DNA of 61,393 nt, the filler included, from Dugesia japonica (lineage: Eukaryota): the NCBI GenBank assembly GCA_001938525.1. It is 5 parts of 5 records of this genome, joined end to end, with 100 filler letters (N's around TTAATTAATTAA, not from the genome) between each part and the next. Parts side by side here need not be neighbours in the genome. Positions count along the whole stretch, not along the records: positions 37,776 to 52,145 come from MQRL01135452.1; positions 52,246 to 61,393 come from MQRL01613565.1; 3 more parts are not named here. One strand, written 5' to 3'. Under the pieces are notes generated by a model. It was not told where the DNA came from and searched no databases. It worked only from the letters and a program-made list of their open reading frames with translations. Shown here piece by piece: positions 51,997 to 61,393 of this stretch. A program made the translations under genes and the position numbers. Numbering within the stretch: position 1 is the first letter of the stretch; each line of letters opens with the position of its first letter.

Positions 51997-52145
51997 TTTT
52001 CATTACCATTATCCATTTTCCATTGCCAATCGCAATCTCTTTCTTGCAAGCTGCTCGAAAAAAAACCTTATTTTTTACCTTTAATAATTGGCTGGAAAAT
52101 CTCATTCTCCATGCGCATTTTTCATGAATCATGCGCATTTTTTTA
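51997..52145 (-). repeat. Right terminal inverted repeat
   Basis: Reverse complement of 37776-37898, followed by a duplicated CATGCGCATTTTT unit running into the gap. Confidence 0.95.
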
Positions 52146-52809
52146 NNNNNNNNNNNNNNNNNNNNNNNNNNNNNNNNNNNNNNNNNNNNTTAATTAATTA
52201 ANNNNNNNNNNNNNNNNNNNNNNNNNNNNNNNNNNNNNNNNNNNNTCTTGACGTTTTCTTTTTTTCTTAATAATACAAAACTATCCAAAAATTGAATTTC
52301 AATCAAGGCGTGTAATCCAGCTTCAAGTATATTCTTCAACTAATGTCGATAGAGTAATATCTCATTATTTGAAATCTCTTGAAAAGCGTCCATGAACACA
52401 TCGAGATTGTGAAAACTCTTCAGATTATCTGCTTTGTTGGCTTTGCATTCGCTTAGGAAATCAATATAATTCAAGCTTACGTAATTATTCACAGTATTCT
52501 ATTTTAGAAAGGAAAGAATTTTCGGAATTTCGGATTTAACAATTTTTTCTTCAATCTCTTCATTGTCTCGAACACAAATATCAATATTTTTAAACATTTC
52601 TTCTTGTTTCAAAGATAACGGATTTATTTTGTCCATATTTTAAAAATAATGATTTTTTTCGAAAATCATGAATTTATATAATTGTTGGTGTGTAAGCGTG
52701 ATTGTATGTAAGAATANNNNNNNNNNNNNNNNNNNNNNNNNNNNNNNNNNNNNNNNNNNNNNNNNNNNNNNNNNNNNNNNNNTACTATATGCAATTTAAC
52801 TAAAATCAT

Positions 52810-53352
52810 TTGTTTTTCCAAATGTGTTTCAAAGTAATAGAAAAATTAATAGATGTCGAATGCGTTCATCAAAATGAAGACAATCATCAAAATGAAAAAT
52901 TTGAGTCAATTTTAGAATATGATGAAAAAGAATGGCCTACAACCGTAGATGACGAGAAAAAATATTTTCAAGCTAATGGTAACTTTTTTTTTATTAATTA
53001 AATATTAAAAAATGATTGATTTAGAAAATATTGAATCTGATGACCAATTAATGGAGGAATCAGTGTTGTCGAATGGTATAGACCTGCTAGAAAAATCATC
53101 AAATACATTTAATAAAGGTTTGACTTAATTTAATTTAAAATTAATTATTATTTTGTTTTAGATTTGTTCATAGATTTACTTGTACTTACATATCCTTCTT
53201 TAAAAGAAAAGATAGTTTATTTTGCACCAGAATTGACTTGGTTCAAAATAAAGACGTTGACAAGAATTGACATAGAAAATGTTATAAAAATCTATGAAGA
53301 ATATAATAAAGATAATAATTGCGAAAATTGCTCGGAAAATAAGAAAATTTAG
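52810..53352 (+). CDS. 3' exons of an unidentified acidic protein gene with short introns
   Basis: Apparent GT-AG introns at ~52979-53024 and ~53118-53161 link the open frames. Confidence 0.4.
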
Positions 53353-53715
53353 AAAAGAAAATTTTTTGAATCAATTTATCATGACAGTCATAAAAGAAAA
53401 TGTTAAGTTTATAAGTTTAATTTTATAATATAAATAAATTTAATCAGTCCATTTTGTTTTTCTTTATTTTAACTCTTTATTTCTTTAACTCATCGTTATG
53501 ACTTATACTTAGGACTCATTGTTTTTGTTTCAGGCATCAATGAGTCATACTTATGACTAATCGTGTTTGTTATAAATGTTCTTTGTCTAGGAGGGACGAG
53601 TCACCCAGATCTAGAAAAACGATGACTCATCATTATGACTCATACTTATGCCTCATCGTCTTTGTTATAAATGTTCTTTTTCTAGGGGGGGGTGATCCAG
53701 TGCGCCGCTACCTAC

Positions 53716-56700
53716 CTACTCTTCAAAATGATCTTGATTCTTGTTTCTTGTTTCAACTTTCACTAAGACCTCATCACCAATCTCGAATCGTCTTTTAGTC
53801 AATATCTCTTTATCTTGTTCTTTGTGCTCTCTTTGAGAATTTGGTTTGCACCATTTTTCTCTGCTTATTCTCTTCCCAAATACGACTTCACGAGGGATTC
53901 TCCCGATGGTTTTCTGTTTTGTAGCATTCAAAGTAAATTCTATCTTCGGCAATTCATCCGCCTAATCTGAGGTTTTCCTTTCTTTACGTGTCACATTTAT
54001 AATATCCCGCATAGTTCTAAACTGTCTCTCCATTTTCCCTTTGTGTTATGATGATATGGACTCAACAACATGAGAGTAATTCAACTTTCATTGATTTACA
54101 CTCAAACGCTTTTCCATAATCAACTCTAAATTCTCTCGTACACCCGAACTTTAAACTCCACTTCTCCAATTTTGCTTTCCGTGTGGTATTTTCATCTTGT
54201 CTTCCCATTGCTATCAAAGATACATACTTACTGCAATGATCTATTATACCGAGAAAATATCTTTTTCGACCTCTTGTCTCCTGCAGTGGTCCACACATAA
54301 CTCAAAAATGTCGGCTGGCTGAGTCTTTTCGTTTCTTCCTTCGTTTTGTGTTGTCAACACTATAGCTTTCTGGCATGTTATACAACCTCTTGTACTCCAC
54401 AAATGTCTTGCTTTCTATTTATGATTCATATACGCTGGCATTGTTTCTGATCCAGCAAGACACAGATGGCGTATCCTCATTACAACCTCTTCTAATTTAT
54501 CATCAATTATCCATGTTCTTTCATCATTTTCTCCAAAATAGCGTAGTTTCTCTTGAATATCTACTTAATTTAACATCCTTGTTTTTAATTTTCACTTTTT
54601 GGGATCTTTATGTGACATAATACATTCTGTACATGTATTGCATTTACTCGTTGAAAACCTATTCGCATTTGTTTGAAGTGATCCTTTTCTATATTCCGAT
54701 TTAATATCTAAACTGCTCAAAAAATAATTCCAAATTTGAAACTGTGATGTGATCGGTTTCTTCATAGTTAGACTTATGGTCTGTTTTAAGGATAAATTTC
54801 TTCCCGTATAAGCAATGTGGGAAATGAATACAAAATTAGTAAATTGAAGTAAAAAGCAGTAAAAGTACTTTCGTGTAGTACAATATTCTTTCTTATGACT
54901 CGTCATTGCGTGTGACCCATATGCAATTACTCTTCCTTGTTCATTGTTGTCCCTTTAAAATAGTACTGCATCAATCGTATCGAAACTCGCATCTATCTCC
55001 AAAACAAATTCTCTATTTATATCTTGAAAACATAATATTGGAGACATCATAAGTTCTTCTTTCATTCCATTAAAAACTTCTTATTCATTCGCCTATACAA
55101 TCCATTTGTTACTTGGTCGACTACACAGTTGTTCCAGCAATCTACCTTTTTTCGAATAATTTTTAATAAATTTGCGATAGTAATTGAAAATTCCCAAAAC
55201 GCCTCTCATCTTCTGAACACATTTTAATTTGCCTAAATTCTCGATTTCTTTCTATTTTAGAATGAATCTTTTGTGTCACCTTCTTTACTGATAACGTGTC
55301 CCAGAAATTTGATCTCGTTTCATAGGAATTGAAATTACTATGGATTAACTCTTAGACCAGCATTATAAATTTTTGCCAATACTTTATTGACTATTTAATA
55401 GTGTTGCTACTTTGTTTTAGTAAATATGATAATATCATCTAAATAATCATCACCATATTCATGATACCATTATCATATAGATTCTTGATGACCTCTTCAA
55501 TTTTTTCCTCTAGAGTCATTGGTTGGCGATACAATTTTTTGTTAATTGTACCTCCTTTAGTGATTATTTGATGCTTTATTAAGTGTGTGCATTCAACGTC
55601 CCATTTTCCCTCCATAAATGCATCCTCATTATTCTAAATAATCACAGTCAATCTATGATCTTTGTTAATTTCTAGAATATCTATTGCATGTCTCAATCGT
55701 TTGTCCGTCTGTATTTGCCTTCTAAATTGTGACTCGATGTTGCAAACAAATTGTTCTCGTTGATTATTGGTGTCTATCCTGCACTTTCTTTGCAGATGAT
55801 ACGAAACAAATATTCTAAAATTCCACTAAACCAATTAGATTTGGTATTAGTTTCTCTACTATTATAAATGTTACTTCCTTGCACACCTCTGCAATTACAA
55901 CTTCCACACAAATCTTTTAAATTGTCAAATTTTAATGTTCTGTTTCTTTTCAATTGTTCCTAACTCTTTTGCTATGTTAACTTTTGTATCATTGAAATTT
56001 CCTCTTTTTAAGAATCTGTAAACCTTTTCTCCAACTTTACTCATCTCATCCAATTTCTTGGCCTTCTGAGAATAATCAAACAGTATTTCGTTTAATGAAT
56101 GGTTACGACCAACGTCTCTACTGGTGGAGCTCTGTCTTTTGGGTATTCTCTTGTCGATTTTTTTTTCTATTATGCTTCCAGAAAATGTCTTGTCATATTC
56201 ATAATCATCTTCTTCTCGAATGGCATGGATTGGTTTGGTCCAACTCCAATCTTTTGTTTGTTGTACGCTTTTAAAATTGTATCTTCTTTCTTTTAGTCTT
56301 GGTTTGTTAATGTTCAAATAATCTTCTTCCGCTCTGTGACTCGGTGTTTTACATCTACAGCATACAATTTCTGTGCACATGCTTCTGATGTGACCAATCT
56401 TACCACACCCAAAACATTTTGGTGGTTTCTTGTTTGGAAAATTTCTACTTAAATGTTCTTTCTTGTGGCAAGTCCAACATTTCACATGAAAACTTTTCAG
56501 ATACCATTTTTGTGTGCCCATAACTATGGCATGTCCAACATTCTGGTTCTATTCTTTTCGTAACTCTCTCGATATTTGTCTTATGTCTTCAGTTCGTTCT
56601 CCGCGTATTACAACAGCGTAACTCTTTATTAAGTCAGTAGATTTTCGTCTTTCTCTTCTTTCAACTAGTGATAGTTTTTCTTTTATATCTTCTATTTTCT

Positions 56701-57143
56701 ACAATTTTCGCAATGTAATCTCTTTTTCTGCTTGTGTAATATCTGCACAAATTATTAGCATTTTTGATATAATTTTTTCTTTCATCAGGTCTTCATTTGC
56801 TAAAACTTTATCGTCCAAATCTTCCACTTTTTTAAAGAACACCTCAAGGTCTTAACCACCACGTCAATAGTTTACAAGATTTTATAAATTTTTTTTTACA
56901 TCTTTCTTGCTCTTAAAAGCTAATCGTTATCTCTCTCGATATCCATCCGCTTTCTTCAATATTTTCACACATGCTTCCATTAAATCTTCATCAAGCACAC
57001 ACATTATTAAACGCTTCTGGTCTTTCTTAATAGCGATGCTCTTCGCCCCAAAGTATATTTTACACCGTTTAATAAACTTTTCTAGATCATTGCCTCTGCA
57101 AAATCTTTCTGTGATTGCATCGATGTTTTCTTTGCCACCATGT
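53716..57143 (-). mobile_element. Degraded Ty3/Gypsy retrotransposon (gag-pol)
   Basis: Three CCHC-type knuckles in 55925-56521 (e.g. CFGCGKIGHIRSMC); YLDDIII; RNase H region; integrase IIDHCSKY, VDYGKAF, FEIGDEVLV. Confidence 0.9.
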
Positions 57144-57479
57144 TAGACGAGTTTGAAGTACTCATTGGATAATTATTGTCAAAACTCGTTTCCATAAAAG
57201 ATTTATTCACAAAACAAAACTATATCCAACACTATTTGTTTTTTTAAACAAATTAAAATTCTATGTTTTAATTGGTGATCATTTTTCAAATATTAAAATT
57301 TTAAATAAAATTTTTACTTTATTATTAAATCGTCATTTAAAAGTAAAAACAAAATACTCATTCGTTATTAAATTTTCCTATTAAATAAATAACAAAATAA
57401 GCATTTGTTATTAAATCTTCATAAAAAATATTTTTTAATAAAAAGATTTTCTGAAAAATTATCTCTAACCACACAAAAA

Positions 57480-58870
57480 TTTCGACTCGCTTTTTAAAAC
57501 ATACTCACAGCATTTTGTCACTAATTGTTTGATGTTTCTCAAAAGCTATTTCCTTTCTAAATCCATTTAAACAGTTTGAGCACTATATTGATTAGATTCT
57601 GGTGCATGATTATTTACCATCTCTATTCAGTAATCTGTCTAAATTCATTGAGCTGTGCAATGGTACTTGGTGTCATTTTCTACTAACAACAAATAAATTT
57701 TCTCTCCATCAACCACCTTAGACCTGTGAATGATATCTAAATTTGGATGTTTAAAAACTTCTTTATCTTCATCTTTTGTATCATTTGAACTCCATGAAAA
57801 GACATTGATTGAAAGTCCTGGATTTTTCTTTCAAATTTTTGAATATTATTCAATTTTATTGGCATTACTGATTCTTCAAACATCAACTCAGACATATATC
57901 TTTCATATACAAACGGTTTATTTCGACATTTTAAGAATAGCTAAAATGCTATAAATAAAGCATTTATTATCTTTTTTCCTGATATTAACAATAGCTTTGT
58001 TCTTCTCTAGATTCGCTTGTATTGGTATATAGCTATGTCTTGACCGTCTACCTATATTTTTAATCTTGGTGATTTTGAAATTCACTTTCAAAATACTGCT
58101 CATTATCCAACTGGAATCGAACTCATTCCTTATAGCGATTTGTTTCGTTTAATTAATTTTTTCCCTCTTAAAAAGAATTGTGACTTAGTTAAATAGCTCT
58201 CTTTGAGATTTTGCAAATTTTTATCTCACCATCCCTTACGAACTCAACATTGATCCCAAATTGAATATTCACTTCTTTCAACTCTTCTATTTTATGATAA
58301 CAGTTGGACAAAATCAAATTTTCTGGTAACATTATTTGATTTGTGTTCTAACTTCAAATATTAATTTTTATGATTTGGTGATAACTATAAAAATCTCTTT
58401 TAATAACAACATCTTCATCAACAAAAACTGAATTTCATACTCCACCAACTTGTATATTTTCTTTTGATTCGACGAATTCTTGTAATATAATGTCTTCTTC
58501 ATCTAATTCATCAATGGCTTTTGAAACTTTTTCAATTTTCCTCTGGTTCATTTTTGACTGCTTCCATCTTAATTATTTCTTNTTCATCGTCTTCAATTAA
58601 AATAATCTCTATCGATTCATCATTGATATTAACAACTTTCAGCTCATCATTGATGATAATAACTTCCGGTTCATCATTGATAGTAATAACGTCTTGTTCT
58701 TCCAACTTAATTTTCTTATTCGGTACGTCTAACTGACTTTTTAACTCCCTGTTTAGAATGGAATTTAATAATTTTTCTTATTCTTAGTTAAACTTGAAAG
58801 GTGGGCTCTATTTTTATAATCACCGAATCTTAATGTTGTACAATTAGGACAGATAAAGTACTTTTTCTCA
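57480..58870 (-). pseudogene. Polinton PolB N-terminal remnant (fourth element)
   Basis: SYIPIQANLEKNKAIVNIRKKDNKCFIYSILA and YCSNCLNGF..EKH, homologous to the N-terminal region of PolB at 48900-49400. Confidence 0.8.
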
Positions 58871-59544
58871 TAAAACTATTGGCTATAGTATCTTTCTATG
58901 ATAGTTTGTCAGTGACTAATGTGACTCGCACTTGTGCAATAGATTTTGTAAAAATTGCGATGACCTAAAATAATAATTATTTGTAGTATTATAAAGCTAA
59001 CATAAATGATCATTCACAATCATGCGAGATTCTTCGCTTCCTAGTAATTCCGCATAATTTGAATGCTAAATTAATTAATTAACTAATTATTAAAAACAAA
59101 TTTACTTTATTCAATTGTTTTATCGGTTTATTATTGTAATCTAAAAAATAATAATAATAAATTAAAAATATTAAATTTACTTTTAACTCGCTAGTACACA
59201 TTTTTTAAATAAGTTTTGAGAGTTGTAAGAAAAGAAGTAAAATTTTTCTTTTATCTAGGTTTAAAAACTTACTAATCAGATGCGAGTATAAAATTCTTTT
59301 TTAAATTAAAATACCACAACGTAATATGTTTAGGTATTTTTAATTAATTTTTGAATATTACACACATATTATGTTGTGATATTTTAAAATAATTTGAAAT
59401 ATTTGCCAGTCGAAATATCGCATACTTTATCAAATAGTTTACAATAAAACAAATGAACAAAGACTTGTCAACGAAAAAATATCTTTCATACATAAATTAC
59501 ATGCAACTAAACTTTTCTTTCAACTAGAATGTTGTTTTTTCCAT

Positions 59545-59831
59545 CATAATAAACAGTGATGTCCACATGTTGTTGTAAATGGATATTGATGTCGAATTTT
59601 ATTTTACACCATTGGTTTTGATAATTTCGAAAAATGCGACACTAACATTGACGGACAATAAAATTCTAATGGATCAAATACTAGTATTTGTACTGGTTTA
59701 TCTATCCAATGTTATCCACCTAGATTTGATGTATTAGTATTGACGAATAAAACTTGATTTATTGGAATATAATTTTGAAGCTTATCTAGTGCATAAACAC
59801 ATTCATGATAGTTCAAGCCTCTTTGATACAA
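59545..59831 (-). pseudogene. Adenain-like protease remnant
   Basis: VYALDKL..LFVNTNTSNLGG*HWI..VFDPL..HQYPFTTTCGHHCLL in one frame with internal stops. Confidence 0.85.
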
Positions 59832-59924
59832 TCTTATCAATCAGAAAATAACTAGTTTACTAAAAATTAAATAATATAATATCACTTACTTCATAACAAT
59901 TGATTTGAGTACACATTCAATTGT

Positions 59925-60170
59925 TTACACTAATATTGTTCTGTTTGCATTAATTTGAATTTCCTATTCAAATACTCCATAAATGATAACTTATGCGGGT
60001 GATGATCAGATTTAGCAAATTTGATATCAAATTTCTAATTTCCTTGTTGAGTCAATTGATTGTGATGAATATTGAAACCTGGAGCAAAACCAAATGTAAA
60101 AAATGGATATTTAGTTTTAAAGTCATCAAGTGTTATTCCACAATTTAGATTATTATCCAAATATCACATA
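59925..60170 (-). pseudogene. Polinton major capsid C-terminal remnant (different subtype)
   Basis: GITLDDFKTKYPFFTFGFAP..QGN*KFDIKFA..VIIYGVFE*EIQINANR. Confidence 0.75.
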
Positions 60171-60496
60171 TTTCAAATAATAGATTGAACAAATGATGTG
60201 GAAACTAAATTTATTTGACAATCTATATAAATCGTGTTTTGAAGCTCAATAATGAATTGTGACAAGTATACAATTATATTCTTCAGAGCAGAAAAATGTA
60301 GAATAATGAAGTGCAAAAAACAATTAGAACTAAAAGATTTGATCCCGAATGATATTAAAACTATACGACTACAATTATTAATAATTGTCGTAAATATGGA
60401 AGATGCAATAAATTTATATAAATTAGTAAGAATAGTCAATTGTTGGATCGAATCAGTGATTTTTGTTAAATGTGATCCTTTACGTGTAAATGTAAA

Positions 60497-61393
60497 AATC
60501 ACAGTTTACATTAAGGTGTCAAAGTTCATACCTTAAAAAAGTCATTTAAATAACAATAAAAATAGTGATATGTTTTTTGAATATTTACACATCAATAAAA
60601 AATAATGGAAAAATTTTTCGTTGTTTAGATTGAGGTGTGAAAAAAACCATTATTTACAATTAGATGTGAAAATTCACACCTATAAAAACATTATAAGAAT
60701 ATTAATAAAAAATAATGTGTGAAAATTTACATGCCGATAAAAAAAACCATTGTTTACAATTAGGTGTGAAAATTCACACCTATAAAACACATCAAAGGTA
60801 TGAAATTCATATCTATAAAAATATTTTAATAATAATAAAAATAATAATGTGTGAAAATTTACAACTTGTAAATTACAGTCAATAAAAAATTATTATTTGC
60901 ATTTTTGTGTGAATATTGGCTTCAAAGGTGTTAAAATTTGTTTACATTACATTCTTTACATAATCGCCACGCTTTTAATTTTTAATAATAAAAATAATGT
61001 ATGATTTATTTCATGTTAATTAAAACAAAAAATATGTTTTATAATATAATATTTGAGGCTCATCATATTTTGATGGAAAAATTTTATACGCCATAAAAAA
61101 TTTTAGATTTGGATGTGAAAGTGGTGTGAAATTTCACACATTCACAAAAACAGAAATTAAATTTACATTAAGATGTGAAAGTTCACACCTTAAAAAGTAC
61201 ATTTAAATAACCACAATGATATGTTTTTTAATATTCATGCATCAATACAAATAATCAAGGTGTTAAAGTTCAAGCCAAAAGTGTGAAAATTCACACCCAT
61301 AAAAAAAGCATTTTAATACTAATAATAAATAATGTGTAAAAATTTACATGCAATTAGGTGTGAAAATTCACACCTATAAAAATCTTTTTAATA
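60497..61393. repeat. Irregular tandem array built on the palindrome AGGTGTGAA-AA-TTCACACCT
   Basis: More than 12 degenerate GTGTGAAAATT(C/T)ACA copies separated by AT-rich spacers. Confidence 0.85.

Larger units (their letters stand above)
37776..52145 (+). mobile_element. Near-complete Polinton/Maverick (adintovirus-like endogenous dsDNA virus), element A
   Basis: TIRs at both ends plus MCP, penton, ATPase, protease, integrase, pPolB and PLA2. Confidence 0.97.

Noticed and set aside
17714-52201. Repeated TTAATTAATTAA palindrome as a biological motif
   Set aside because: Always centred in exactly 44+44 Ns, so it is an assembly linker.
19330-60170. A physical Polinton hotspot or cluster
   Set aside because: The four pieces lie in separate linker-joined segments, so adjacency cannot be shown from this sequence.
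60497-61393. CRISPR-like array
   Set aside because: Repeats are degenerate, spacing is irregular, spacers resemble each other, there are no cas genes and the context is eukaryotic.

Overview
AT-rich animal (invertebrate-type) nuclear DNA with spliceosomal genes and dense transposon debris. It is cut into five segments by N44-TTAATTAATTAA-N44 assembly linkers (17714, 28018, 37720, 52190), so neighbouring segments may not be physically adjacent. The main feature is a near-complete ~14.4 kb Polinton/Maverick (adintovirus-like endogenous virus) at 37776-52145. It has terminal inverted repeats and, all on the + strand: major capsid, PLA2 plus integrase, packaging ATPase, adenovirus pX-like protein, penton, adenain-like protease, membrane proteins and protein-primed PolB. 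Several of these genes carry stops or frameshifts. A divergent sister element (about 19330-25200, - strand, ATPase inverted, capsid internally deleted) and remnants of two more Polintons (34550-35260; 57480-60170) are also present. The most notable points are: (1) the parvovirus-type PLA2 reads in frame into the integrase in both sister elements, with an adenain-type cleavage motif between the domains; (2) about 20 copies of a 12-bp palindrome (CCAGYTARCTGG-like) are scattered through the full element. Other contents: exons of host DGK-theta-like, F-box and anoctamin genes; hAT elements with TSDs; Gypsy, REL-type non-LTR, MULE, mariner and Helitron remnants; MITEs; a Penelope-type minimal hammerhead ribozyme; and microsatellites. 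All homology calls come from motif recognition by eye, not database searches.
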